A DNA stretch of 64,000 nt from an uncultured Acidobacteriota bacterium (GTDB lineage: Bacteria; Acidobacteriota; UBA6911): the NCBI GenBank assembly GCA_963809485.1, contig CAWEJX010000008.1, forward strand, positions 544,001 through 608,000, given 5' to 3'. Below, one piece after another: positions 20,148 to 30,870 of this stretch. Each line of letters begins with the position of its first letter. The first letter of the stretch is position 1. A program made the translations under genes and the position numbers. The notes beneath the pieces were generated by a model. It had not been told where the DNA came from. It did not search any database and saw only the letters and a list, made by a program, of their open reading frames with translations.

Positions 20148-21809
20148 TTATTTTAAACGAATTGGCAAGATTGCTTTAAACCGACGAAGGACATCTGTTT
20201 TCTGCTTCCCGGACAGGCCGATGAAAAAAGCAAGGGCAAGAGCGGTGCAGAGTGTCGGTCCGGCCGCAACTATCAAGGCAGCCCACGCGACTGGTGAATG
20301 CCATTCCCCAGTCGTGAGAATACTGTCAACGAGGGATGCTGCAGCAAAAAGAGCCGCTGTGGTCATGGCAGGACGGATGATTGACTTTATCTGCGACATC
20401 ATCTCGATATGTAGCATGCGGCCGATCAAAAATGGGTATTGCATACTGAGAATCGCTCGACCTAAAATAAGCCCAAGACAGATTCCAATAATGCCCATCT
20501 TGAAGAAATGAACAAGGATTCCGGCGGCTATCAGGGACAATGAGACGGATATCGCTCCAATACTCACCTTTCGGGCAAGGTTGAGTGTTAGATCAATGAC
20601 GTTCGCGTCATTACGAATAAACACAAACTGCGCAACCACCAGGACTATAAAAAGGTTTGGACCGGTACCGACCCAGTGATTTCCTCCGACCCACAAGGTA
20701 ACGAAGGTTCGATTCCAAAGTAGCATTCCTGTCCCCAAGGCTGTAACAATCAGCCATGTGAAGGTCATGATTTCGCCGCGTACTCTGGCCGCCCTCTCCA
20801 AATCGCCGGAACCAATGATTCCTCCAAGCCCGGGCAGGATTCCAAAAACCATGATGGCTACAAGGGCAATTGCGGTTTCCGGGCCATATTTTGCGAGAGT
20901 GTAATTGGTGACAGACTCTACAGAATTCAGCAGAGCCAGCACGACTACGTCCGATGCGATCATCAGGTTCATGATAAGGTTCCATGCAAGGAACCACCAG
21001 CTCAGACCGAAAAATTCCCGAAGTGCGGTCCTTTTGGGTTTCTCAATACCGAACCATGGCGCATAGGTCTTCACGATCTTCAGGTAAAAAAGGCCTGACA
21101 AAATGGATGAAGCCAGAGTTGCAGCGGCTACGCCGACAATGCCTGCCTTGAAATATAATGCCAGCCAAACCAATCCCCCACCCAGCAAAACGAGGAAAGC
21201 TGAAACGCCCATGCGCTTATATCCCTTGTTTTCTCCCTCCAAGACGGATTGTGGCACGCTGACAAGGCTGCTTGTAATCAGGGCCGCGACAAGAAGTGCA
21301 CATGCGACACGGATAGGCATAAAAGATTCAGCAGGCGTCTTAATCCAATAAGGTACAAACCAGACTAGCAGCCCTCCAAGCAGGGACAAAATCGGCAAAA
21401 AGAAGCTGAATACTATCAGCGTGCTACCTACAAATGAGCGCTTTAGATTATAGTCGTCGGAATTTTGCACTTGTGCGAGGGCGAACTTCAACGTCTGGGT
21501 CGGGCGCCCGCTTGCAGGAGTAATATAGCCGGTCAGGCGATTAAGTACCTGCCAGGCGCCGAAATAGAAGTCACCCAGGCCAAACACCATAAGTGGTGTT
21601 ACAAGAAATGCTACGGTGATTCTGGCTGCATAATCCAGGACAGAAGCTAATGCATTCAAGGAAGCTTTATTGGTGAGACTGCTCTCGGGAAAAAGGCGGG
21701 GAATTTTATCTGGCGCATGCACGGATTTCAGATTTATTACCTTGGCGAACATGAGAGCCTCGATGATGTGAGGATCAGATTGCGAAATCTCGGTCTTTCC
21801 TTTTGGCAA
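20148..21809 (-). CDS. Oligosaccharide flippase (Wzx/MATE-like)
   Basis: ~12-14 TM helices, VTPLMVFGLGDFYFGAW; start uncertain (ATG 21752 possible). Confidence 0.82.
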   Translation of the reverse strand: MPKGKTEISQSDPHIIEALMFAKVINLKSVHAPDKIPRLFPESSLTNKASLNALASVLDYAARITVAFLVTPLMVFGLGDFYFGAWQVLNRLTGYITPASGRPTQTLKFALAQVQNSDDYNLKRSFVGSTLIVFSFFLPILSLLGGLLVWFVPYWIKTPAESFMPIRVACALLVAALITSSLVSVPQSVLEGENKGYKRMGVSAFLVLLGGGLVWLALYFKAGIVGVAAATLASSILSGLFYLKIVKTYAPWFGIEKPKRTALREFFGLSWWFLAWNLIMNLMIASDVVVLALLNSVESVTNYTLAKYGPETAIALVAIMVFGILPGLGGIIGSGDLERAARVRGEIMTFTWLIVTALGTGMLLWNRTFVTLWVGGNHWVGTGPNLFIVLVVAQFVFIRNDANVIDLTLNLARKVSIGAISVSLSLIAAGILVHFFKMGIIGICLGLILGRAILSMQYPFLIGRMLHIEMMSQIKSIIRPAMTTAALFAAASLVDSILTTGEWHSPVAWAALIVAAGPTLCTALALAFFIGLSGKQKTDVLRRFKAILPIRLK

Positions 21810-22524
21810 TCTCAGCGGTGATGTCGTTCACAAGCTCGTCGGGTAAATGTATGCCGGAATCATAGCGAAGCACCTGAACATGGCTATTGCATAACTCAAT
21901 GCGCTCGATCACCCGGTCATACGCTGACCGATACCTGTTCAAGAAATCAATCAGAACCTGATCGGATTGGTCTTTGAAGATATGATCCTCTGCTCTGGAA
22001 CGAATCCGTTTCATTAGAATCTCGTTGGCCGCATCCAGATAGATGAGGAGGTCCAAAGTATTGGCCCACATGGCGTTTATCTTTGTCCACCATTTGCGAG
22101 CACCAGGGCCCCGAAGGTGCAGCGGGCCGAACTCAAGTAGTGTCGAAATCAGGAAGACCGGCCCCTGATCCAGCAGAAGATCCTTTCTGTGCTTGATCAC
22201 AGCCTTACTCAAAAGACCGGGCCAGCCGTTCAACATCGCCATCCAGGCCAAATGACGCCGAGAAAGCCCTATATCCTCCTTTCCATCAAAGGGCCGGCGA
22301 ACAATTATGGGAATGACATAGAGGATGTGCTTAACAAAAAACAGGCTGTTCTGAATAGCGTGCACGTCAGGGAGCGACGAGGCGCGGATATCTGGGATGG
22401 ATTTCAGAATAGCCGCAAAAAGTGTCGTCTTCCCTGCGCCTGCCGGACCGACTACCTCGATGATCCACGGCCGATTTCGGCTCGGTTCTCGGCAGGGCGG
22501 TAAACCGATCAGAGGCGTGACCAT
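21775..22524 (-). CDS. P-loop nucleoside/nucleotide kinase-like protein
   Basis: IIEVVGPAGAGKTT, LLLDQG, IYLDA..ILMKRIRSR. Confidence 0.75.
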   Translation of the reverse strand: MVTPLIGLPPCREPSRNRPWIIEVVGPAGAGKTTLFAAILKSIPDIRASSLPDVHAIQNSLFFVKHILYVIPIIVRRPFDGKEDIGLSRRHLAWMAMLNGWPGLLSKAVIKHRKDLLLDQGPVFLISTLLEFGPLHLRGPGARKWWTKINAMWANTLDLLIYLDAANEILMKRIRSRAEDHIFKDQSDQVLIDFLNRYRSAYDRVIERIELCNSHVQVLRYDSGIHLPDELVNDITAEIAKRKDRDFAI

Positions 22525-23981
22525 ATCGCCCTTTTTATTTCCGACAATACCTCTTCCTTCGAGCGACTTGCATCAATCAGATCGACCGATGATTGGCTCC
22601 AGTCGATTTCCCAAACCTCGCCGGAGCGAGCGCGCACCGATTCTTCGCTCTCGTCGAATTTGCGTCCGACAGCGATCTCGGGGTCGACGCGAAGAACAAT
22701 CATTATCTCTGGCGGCATTATTCTCCGGTAATATCGATTTTCCATTCTGCCCAGACACCTAGTGAACCAGTTATTGGGTCCATTAACGGTCATGCGATCA
22801 ATCTGTGGACCGTCCATTAATGTGATTTGTGGCAAAGGGAAACGATCCAAAAGGACCATCTTTCCTTTCATAGCGCGCCGGCGGGCCCTTTTGAAAACTG
22901 TATAGCGGTCCCGCGCCGTGCAGACTTCACGGATCATCCATGGATATCCTGGGAATGTAAGCAGATATGATTCCTTTGTGTAACGGATTTCAGCCCGGAT
23001 GAAAGGATAAATTCCAAAGGTTCGGCCGATTTTCAGCATTCCGCGAATGACGATGGTTAGGAGGGACCACTTCGGTTTGCCCAGATGGTAGCGGCACGCC
23101 TGAAATTCCTGCGAAAGCCAACCGAAGATGGCTTCCACGGCGCTCGTTTTGCCTGCCCCGTCCCCACCTGCAATGGCAACAACCTTTCCCCCGCTGTTCA
23201 GAACCTTGCGATGCATTCTTCCCAAAATACGCCACTCCAGCGGCCAAGCGACCCGACGCCAGAACTTCAGCCCGACATCGATCCATCGAGGTTGGCGGCC
23301 GAATGCCGCAATGGAATTCAATAGCTTCTGGCCGGTTCTCAGATGCGACCAGAATGAGCCGTTCCCGCGGAGCGTATCAATACACGATCGAAAGAGCGCA
23401 GGTTCCATATACGGCAAATGGAGTCCGAGGATCTGATCCACATAGGGCAGAGATGCCCGCTTCAGCAGGAAATCCAGCTCATTCGACTCTGCAGATGAGA
23501 GTTGACCTTGACCCAAAAGCACAGTATCCCAGGTAAAATGTTTGATCATCAGCCGAATCACCAAGAGTATCAGTTCAAATTCAGGATCCGGTACCTTAAA
23601 GAGGTTTTTCTTGGCCGAAGCAGCTAGATATGCTTCTTCGAGTGGGATGCGATAGTTCTTGGTTGCATCATGGCCAAGAACAAGCTGGTAATGGGCATGC
23701 ACATGAACCAACCGGCCGGTCTCACGGTCATGACCATAGTAGTCATCAATCCCGTGAATACGTCGCGATGGCGCATCAAATGCTTGCTTATAATCCAATC
23801 GGTTAAGGATTTCTGTAAAACGCTGCGCATCCGCCCGACTGATCAACAAATCCAGATCGCTTTCACCAGCTGCCGCACGGTCCAGCATGGCGTTGCTTTT
23901 CCAATGACAGTAGCGGATGTTGTTAGAGGCTAGTTCGCCGCACAATCGGCGAACAAGAGTCAAAGCCAGGGTGCTGTCCAT
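22509..23981 (-). CDS. Nucleotidyltransferase-fold + thymidylate-kinase-like fusion
   Basis: YCHWKSN..GESDLDLL (NTase DxD); AIAGGDGAGKTS, LLDRFP, IDASRSKEEV. Confidence 0.75.
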   Translation of the reverse strand: MDSTLALTLVRRLCGELASNNIRYCHWKSNAMLDRAAAGESDLDLLISRADAQRFTEILNRLDYKQAFDAPSRRIHGIDDYYGHDRETGRLVHVHAHYQLVLGHDATKNYRIPLEEAYLAASAKKNLFKVPDPEFELILLVIRLMIKHFTWDTVLLGQGQLSSAESNELDFLLKRASLPYVDQILGLHLPYMEPALFRSCIDTLRGNGSFWSHLRTGQKLLNSIAAFGRQPRWIDVGLKFWRRVAWPLEWRILGRMHRKVLNSGGKVVAIAGGDGAGKTSAVEAIFGWLSQEFQACRYHLGKPKWSLLTIVIRGMLKIGRTFGIYPFIRAEIRYTKESYLLTFPGYPWMIREVCTARDRYTVFKRARRRAMKGKMVLLDRFPLPQITLMDGPQIDRMTVNGPNNWFTRCLGRMENRYYRRIMPPEIMIVLRVDPEIAVGRKFDESEESVRARSGEVWEIDWSQSSVDLIDASRSKEEVLSEIKRAIWSRL

Positions 23982-24145
23982 TCAATTCCGATCTGCCATA
24001 AGCTCTGAAAATTCCGCCGAGCAAGTCGCCAGCTTGCAGGTTCGCGGTCTTCAGAAAGCTCTCCAGACACAATGCTTATCTTGTTTCAGCGAACTTCCTG
24101 TCTTCCTTGAAACCAGTTGTTTATAGGCTTGTTCGCTTGTATCCG

Positions 24146-25360
24146 CTACATCTTCTGATCCAGATTCTTACACCTTTCTCTGTGCTTCAATTCAGGAACA
24201 ACAATTCCTATGGCTTCCACCATCTTTTCCTTCTGCCAGAAAGGCGCCTCTTTGAGGCGCTCAAATTCATACAATGCCTGATCAATTTTCTCGCGTGCCG
24301 ACCATGCAAGCTGGCTGATTACGCCTACTCGTCTGTAGCGATCCAAATCTACCGGGTCATCCATTCTATAAAACTCTTCAACAGCCTTTTCGCCGGTTGT
24401 ATCGCTTGGAGAGAACCAGCAAGGCCATTCCTTGGAGTCTACAGTCAGGCGGCCAGCCAATATTTTAGCCTCCTCTTCGGAATCACAGATAGCTGGCCGG
24501 TATCCCCCGGCTTCCAGCACCATAAGCGCAATTTCGGGAAACGACAGAAGATCTTTGTTCCGATCCAGTTTAGGAAAATATACCTCGCGATTTTTACCCA
24601 GGAAACAGGACAGAAGACACAATTGTCCAGCCTCCTCATGGGAGATGAAATATCGTTTGACATCGTTTGGCGCAGATAAAGGCTGGCGCTTGGCCAGCCT
24701 TTGCATAAAACCGTACAGCAGGCTGCCGTCAGAAAAGGCTACGTTTGCAAAGCGAGCGGTGGAAAAGGGGACGCGATCGGCAAAGGATAGCAAAATCCGC
24801 TCCATAAAACTTTTTGTCGCGCCCATGATATTTTCGGGGTTTGTTGCCTTGTCAGAAGAGACCGAAAAGTGTTTCCTGATTTTTGTATCCACAAGCGCAT
24901 CGAGTAATTGCTTGACATAATATACATTTGTATTGTACATCCGCATCAAACTGTAAGGATCCTTTTCGGAACGCACATGCTTTAAAGCAGAGAAATTGGC
25001 CACATAATCATAATCCTCCTCTGCCTGAAGCAGCCGGTTGAACTCTTCCGATCCTATGGAGATTGCAAACGTCTTAAAATCGTCGGGCAGAGCGATCAAT
25101 GAAGAGCGAAGATCCCTCACCACCTCCACCAGGTTGTTTTCGCTGATATCCACCAGGTGAAGCGCCTCTGGTTCATACGGGATCAGTTGTCTTAAAAAAA
25201 TGCTGCCGATTGATCCCGCCGCCCCTATGATCATGATTCGGGCACCGCGAATGACATTCCCAATTTGCATATGGTGATCGGCAATATCATCAGCGAAAAT
25301 CGATCTGGATCTTTTAAGAATTCTGTTGACCAAGTCATTGTCTATCATTGCGGTTTCCAA
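24146..25360 (-). CDS. UDP-GlcNAc 4,6-dehydratase-like (Polysacc_synt_2/CapD catalytic domain)
   Basis: IGAAGSIGS, SALKHVRSE, SVSSDKATNPENIMGATK, RFANVAFSDGS. Confidence 0.88.
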   Translation of the reverse strand: METAMIDNDLVNRILKRSRSIFADDIADHHMQIGNVIRGARIMIIGAAGSIGSIFLRQLIPYEPEALHLVDISENNLVEVVRDLRSSLIALPDDFKTFAISIGSEEFNRLLQAEEDYDYVANFSALKHVRSEKDPYSLMRMYNTNVYYVKQLLDALVDTKIRKHFSVSSDKATNPENIMGATKSFMERILLSFADRVPFSTARFANVAFSDGSLLYGFMQRLAKRQPLSAPNDVKRYFISHEEAGQLCLLSCFLGKNREVYFPKLDRNKDLLSFPEIALMVLEAGGYRPAICDSEEEAKILAGRLTVDSKEWPCWFSPSDTTGEKAVEEFYRMDDPVDLDRYRRVGVISQLAWSAREKIDQALYEFERLKEAPFWQKEKMVEAIGIVVPELKHRERCKNLDQKM

Positions 25361-25444
25361 ACGAGTTATTCAATTTACTCAAGGAAGCTCTTTGCCACTC
25401 CAATGCTCAATCCGATATCCTGTTGAGATACGCTGCAAATTGGG

Positions 25445-26668
25445 CTAAGAATGGGTTGCTTTTGTCAGAAGTCCTTCAAACTGTTCAGCAGCCGCCTGTT
25501 TCGAGTGATGGCACTCCACCCAGTGACGGCCGTTCTTGCCAAGACGGTCGCAAAGACGTGGTTCGCCTTTCAGATTCAGGATAGCTCGGGCCAACTCAGG
25601 AGGATTTTCCGGGGCTACGCATAAACCGGCCCCTGCACGCATGATTAAGTTCCAGGCTTCACTCCCTTCATCCACCGACGCTATGACAGGTCGGCCACTG
25701 GCAAGTATAGAGAAAATCTTGGAAGGTAACGAGTCTGCTGTAACACCTTTTCGCAGTAAAACTAATGAAACATCCGAAGTAGCCAGCACTTCAGGTAGTC
25801 GGTCGCGCGGTTGGAATGGCAAAAATAGTACATTCGTTAAGCCGCGTGTCGCTGATTGACGCATCAACTCCTCCTTGCCAATACCATCGCCGATCACAAC
25901 GAAACGAATATCACCGACTCCGCCCAGAAGCTCGGATGCGGCCAGGATGCTTTCAAGTCCTTGAGAAAGCCCCAGATTTCCTGCATACAGCACAACAAAT
26001 GAATCTATGAGGCCGTGTTCCTTGGCAAAAGGCGTCATGCGTGGCATGGGCCTGATGAATTCGGTATCGACCCATATGTTAGTTAAAATCATCTTTTCAT
26101 CGGGAACCCCTAAGGCCCGCAATTCTGGCCGGAATGACTCGGAGAGAATACCGATGATGCCCGAGTTCTCAAGACAAAACCTTTCAAGGCGGCCAACTGC
26201 CGAAATGACACTGGTGTTCCGGAAGACACCCAGGGTTATCCCAATATGTGGAAAGACATCAAACACCGAGAACACCGCAGGTTTCTTCTTTCGCCGAACC
26301 AACCAGGCAAACGGGAACCATACCCACAGGGCCGGATTTGCAACAAATGCAACATCGAATGAAATGCCCGTGCCAGCCCACGCTGCCCCAATCTGATAAG
26401 ATGCAAACTGAAGAATTCGCAAACTCAGCCTGGACCTGTTGACTGAAGGAAGGGGAATTCTCAATACATCCACCCCATTTTCATTGGACTGGCGAACTCG
26501 CAATCCACGAAATGCCTTTTGAACATAACCCGAAGGATAATGCGGTACCGTAGTGATCACGCTAACCTTGTGACCCCGTTTTGCCAGTTCCGTGCCAAGC
26601 AACGTGAACATCGGTGCACCCGGCCCAAGGTCCGGTTCATAGTGAGGGACAAGCATTAGAATATGCAT
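25445..26668 (-). CDS. Glycosyltransferase family 4 (WbuB/WcaI-like)
   Basis: HYEPD..TTVPHYPSG, LYAGNLGLSQGL, PSKIFSILASGRPV. Confidence 0.9.
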   Translation of the reverse strand: MHILMLVPHYEPDLGPGAPMFTLLGTELAKRGHKVSVITTVPHYPSGYVQKAFRGLRVRQSNENGVDVLRIPLPSVNRSRLSLRILQFASYQIGAAWAGTGISFDVAFVANPALWVWFPFAWLVRRKKKPAVFSVFDVFPHIGITLGVFRNTSVISAVGRLERFCLENSGIIGILSESFRPELRALGVPDEKMILTNIWVDTEFIRPMPRMTPFAKEHGLIDSFVVLYAGNLGLSQGLESILAASELLGGVGDIRFVVIGDGIGKEELMRQSATRGLTNVLFLPFQPRDRLPEVLATSDVSLVLLRKGVTADSLPSKIFSILASGRPVIASVDEGSEAWNLIMRAGAGLCVAPENPPELARAILNLKGEPRLCDRLGKNGRHWVECHHSKQAAAEQFEGLLTKATHS

Positions 26669-26967
26669 AGTTTTGGCAACAATAGGCTTTTCCGTGCCTA
26701 ATGAGTTTTGAGGGGGAAGTCATCCTCGCGAGCAACTAACACGAGATGGGGTATTAGTTTGAGCACTGCTAATATTTCGTGCTGAGGCGTAGTGCCAGTT
26801 TCAGTCGGCTTCTCGTTTGGGAAACAACGCATTGATATGCCGGAGCGTCAGCCAATTCATATATCATTTGCTCCTACCGGAAGCATCCACACACTGGGGT
26901 AGATTTAATACTCTACCTGTGAGCAGCAAAGGACAGGTACATTTGGAACGAAATGCCCATTTATATG

Positions 26968-28068
26968 TAACGTCACTAATAATTGCACATAAAAACGCCT
27001 TGTGATATTTTGGTATCATGAAACCAATAACGATGGAGGATGCCAAAGGCGCTATTTTATAACTGCAGAATGAGATCCGGCGGTCCAAGGAATCCCGATG
27101 TGATCACCGTCTGCACGGCGTTCTTTGGGTGGCTCAGCGAATGAGCTGCCGCCATGTATTGGAAATACTTGTCAATTCACTTTGAATTGTTGCTTACTGA
27201 GTGCAACGATTTGAACGCAAGGCACTAATCGGTTTGACTGAGGAAGAACGGCCTTAACGACATGGATATCTGTGCAAAGAACAGATACGCAGCATAAATG
27301 AGGCTTGGCGCAGGCAGCCTGTCGATTTTGGATTTGCGCGGAACCTGTAGGATGGCGAGATCCTTTCAATATACCCGAAACACGAATTGGATGTGCGCCT
27401 GGGCCTGCGACAATGCCAACGCATGTTCCGGTAGTTCATGTTCCGTTTTCGCAAGGCGAGGCCCCTAATCGCCAATGCCTGTCCTTAGAATCAGCGCCAG
27501 GTAACATTATATATATTTGCATATTTGCCGGTTGCCGAAAAGAGAAGACATCGATCTCTGGTCGATGGATGATTTCCACTCCCAGCAGCACGGTTCTTTA
27601 ATCCGGACGTGGGATTCCGCCGGAGACCAAAGACCCGGTGCGGCTACATCACCCGGCTCAGATGTGTGTCGGCTACTTTGGCCCTGTCCGGCTGCGAGAC
27701 GGCAAACTGGTATATAGGCCCTAGACCACTCGTTTTAATGCCGAGATTTGCTTTCATTTTCCTCGGCATCTCTGGAATATTAGTTCTCGTTCCGTCCGGA
27801 GAGTCATTGCGATTTCAAATAACGCGCGATGCCATGCAAGGACTGGAGGAGGGCAGCGGAACCTTGGTTTAGTCTCGAAAATCCTCCGCCGTATAGCCCA
27901 GAACTCAACGCGATTGATTGAGCATGGGAGTTGATTCTCCGCCTCGCAACACCCAATCAGTAATTTCCAGCGCTTGAGGGTGCATTCATGGATGTTGGCA
28001 CATATTCGAATTCTGACTCAATAGCAGTCATGCGTTTAGGGCATGATGCGCAATTATTTAGGACGTTA
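26968..28068 (+). mobile_element. Degenerate IS630-family element
   Basis: TA-bounded imperfect TIRs TAACGTCACTAATAATTGCACAT / ATGCGCAATTATTTAGGACGTTA; broken transposase from ATG 27018 with DLWSMDD and PPYSPELNAI motifs. Confidence 0.85.
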
Positions 28069-29217
28069 TGCATAGGTATGGGATGCCGATATGGTTTGAT
28101 AAAAACCTAGGATAGCCCTACCTATTTGTTCAGGCGAACAATAATTCAGTACATAATTCCTGCCAGCAGTTCCCATTTTTTCTGCAAGAAGCGGGTGCTC
28201 GAGTAATCCACAGATTGCATCAGCTAATTCATCTGGATTATCTGGCCGAACCAACATTCCGGTCTTTTTATTCTGGATAAGGTCAAGAATACCATCCACC
28301 GATGAGGCAACCACTGGCCTGCCAGCCACCATAGCTTCAATCACGGCACGAGGCATCATCTCAGCACGGGTAGGGAATGCAAAAATATCGCAATTAACCA
28401 ACCATTTTTTTACATCGCAAAACGGAATTTCCCCAACCAAACGAAATCGATCACCGATATCATACCTGCGAATAAGTTCGCGAACTTTATCCGCATAGGC
28501 TTGATGAGCGGGATCTATCCTGCCCACCCAGTCAAAATAAGCATCAGGATATTTTTTTATAATCAGCGCAGCAGCATGTACCAATAAATCAACTCCTTTG
28601 CGTTCACTAACATGTGCAATAGTTAGAATATACGCTTTCCTCTTTGCATGATCTGCCAATTTGATATTCTTGGGTCTGACCTGAGAAACATTGTCCATTT
28701 CATCATATGGATTTGGGATTACAGTCAATTTTTTAGCAGGTACACCAAGACGAATAAGTTGATCCTTATGAGTAGTGGCTAACGCGATAAAACCATCAGC
28801 GAAAAGACGGATAAATTTGGCCGAAAGCCATGATGTTAGTGGATTTTGCCATGTTTGAGGGTTTCGCGACATCGCTATGATGGCAGGCTTTTTTTTGCCT
28901 AAAGCGGCTAATTGGACAGCGATAAAGGAAAATAGCAAATCTCGTAAGGCATTAACATGAACAATATCTGGATGGCCAGCCAATATTAGTTTTATAAGAT
29001 CCCGAATTATTTGAGTACCATTCGTAATAAAATTGGCTTTCTCACGTTGAAAATCCCTCGGTATGATCTTCAGTTGATCGCCCAGCACTTCAGAGGTCAG
29101 ATGATGGGTCTGGTCTATAATGCCATACGCCGTTATATAAATATCCTGTGTAGCCACGGCCTTGACCATCTTCGAATGTAACCTAACAACAAGGATTTTT
29201 TCTATAGAAGGAGTCAT
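28066..29217 (-). CDS. Glycosyltransferase family 4 (AT-rich)
   Basis: RKGVDLL, DIFAFPTRAEMMPRAVIEAMVAGRPVVAS; stop codon coincides with IS630 end. Confidence 0.88.
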   Translation of the reverse strand: MTPSIEKILVVRLHSKMVKAVATQDIYITAYGIIDQTHHLTSEVLGDQLKIIPRDFQREKANFITNGTQIIRDLIKLILAGHPDIVHVNALRDLLFSFIAVQLAALGKKKPAIIAMSRNPQTWQNPLTSWLSAKFIRLFADGFIALATTHKDQLIRLGVPAKKLTVIPNPYDEMDNVSQVRPKNIKLADHAKRKAYILTIAHVSERKGVDLLVHAAALIIKKYPDAYFDWVGRIDPAHQAYADKVRELIRRYDIGDRFRLVGEIPFCDVKKWLVNCDIFAFPTRAEMMPRAVIEAMVAGRPVVASSVDGILDLIQNKKTGMLVRPDNPDELADAICGLLEHPLLAEKMGTAGRNYVLNYCSPEQIGRAILGFYQTISASHTYA

Positions 29218-29256
29218 CTATCAGCGCCGTTAAAAATGCATTTCCCCATTTAAATC

Positions 29257-30402
29257 CTATCGGATAACAGCCAGCTTATTTTCAAGAGCTTTGACATACA
29301 ATTCGCCATACTGCCTGGCCATTTCGCGCACATGAAAGCGCTTTTTTACTATTTCCCGGCTTTTTTCACCCATTTGCGAAACCTTTTCAGGAGACTGGAG
29401 TAACCAAAGCATGGCAGATACGAGCTGCGGACAGTTTCCTGGCGGAAAAAGAACTCCATTCTCACCAGGCAAAACAAGTTCGCGAATACCTCCAACAGAT
29501 GTTGCGATAATCGGCTTGCCCACTGCCATCGCTTCCAAAATGCTAATTGGCAACCCCTCCCAATCTGATGGCAATATAAAACAATCCCCCGCGTTTAAAA
29601 TGGCTACTACATCATTCCTGACACCGGTGAAAATTACGTTATTGGAAATCCCCAAATCCCGTACAAAGTGAATTGTTTCCAGTTGCAACTGTCCATCTCC
29701 AACCAAAATCAGCACACAATTGGGGTAATATTTCAAAACATCTTTAAATCCATCCACAAGCATTCGTTGATTCTTTTTAGGGCTAAAGCTTGCTACATTT
29801 ACAAACACGAATGATTTTTCATGAATGCCCAATAGCTCCCGCATCTTTCTCCGCTGGATTATGGACGGAACAAATTTTTCTGCATCAATTCCGTTATAGA
29901 TAACCGGTGTATCTATCTGCCCATAAATTTCGTATACGGTTTTCTGAATCTCCGCGGAAATAGAAACCGGAATAACCCCCATTCTGTTAAATGCAAGCAT
30001 TTGAATAAATCTGTGCAAACCCCGAGACTCCTTATCCGCAATATTATGAATTGTATGGATCCTAACAGGTGTCTTGCACATCACCAATGATGGCAACAAT
30101 ACATATAGCGCATGCAGGTGATTATGAACAACGTGCGGCCGGAATTTGGAGAAAACCCGATATATCTCGCCAAAAATCCCAAAATCAAGGCCTACATGTT
30201 TTGTTAAATAATGAACATTACGCTCCAAATTATCTACATACATCTCAAATATCTTGCCGCCAGACGGTGATAGGCTGACAAGCTCCGCATCAAACTGCTG
30301 ATGGTCCAAATGTTCCAGCAAATCTATTGCCACCCGTTGTCCCCCTCCGGTGACGAGGCTGGGAATAACTTGTAGCACCTTCACCCGATCTGATTTAATC
30401 AT
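29257..30402 (-). CDS. Glycosyltransferase family 4 (AT-rich)
   Basis: QVIPSLVTGGGQR, VIYNGID, FILPSDWEGLPISILEAMAVGKP. Confidence 0.92.
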   Translation of the reverse strand: MIKSDRVKVLQVIPSLVTGGGQRVAIDLLEHLDHQQFDAELVSLSPSGGKIFEMYVDNLERNVHYLTKHVGLDFGIFGEIYRVFSKFRPHVVHNHLHALYVLLPSLVMCKTPVRIHTIHNIADKESRGLHRFIQMLAFNRMGVIPVSISAEIQKTVYEIYGQIDTPVIYNGIDAEKFVPSIIQRRKMRELLGIHEKSFVFVNVASFSPKKNQRMLVDGFKDVLKYYPNCVLILVGDGQLQLETIHFVRDLGISNNVIFTGVRNDVVAILNAGDCFILPSDWEGLPISILEAMAVGKPIIATSVGGIRELVLPGENGVLFPPGNCPQLVSAMLWLLQSPEKVSQMGEKSREIVKKRFHVREMARQYGELYVKALENKLAVIR

Positions 30403-30831
30403 GACATCTTAAGTAATTGTGCATAATCGTCTCAGAGCCTGACTGCCTTTGAATCAGGATTCGAAGGTATACCCACCACGATGATTACATCCTTGATCGC
30501 GGGAATTACCTTTTGGAGGTGGTGAGACAGCGTCTCAGTCGCCCAAGCTGTTTTTCCTCAGTTAGACCAGTTAGTCTCTCGCGTTCGAATCATCGCACCC
30601 AGCAAGCAACCGTTCGCGGTGCATCGCCAAGTAATTCCGATACCCAGCGGCAGCTCATCCCCTGAGCTACCCAAAGAACGCCGTGCAGGCGGTGATCATA
30701 TCGGGATTCCTCGGACCGCCGGATCTCATCCTGCAGCCCCAAAACTGCGCTTCCTGCATCCTCCATTGTTGGTGGCTTCATGCCAGCAGAACATCATGAA
30801 GCGCCTCTATGCGCAATTAATTATGACGTTA
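30402..30831 (-). mobile_element. Internally deleted IS630 copy, inverted relative to 26968-28068
   Basis: MKPPTMEDAGSAVLGLQDEIRRSEESRYDHRLHGVLWVAQGMSC matches first copy; TIR-like ends at 30809-30831 and 30402-30424 (18/23 match to the 28046-28068 TIR). Confidence 0.8.
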
Positions 30832-30870
30832 GCCAAGAACAAATAGGAGCCGGCAGAATATCCTGTTCTG

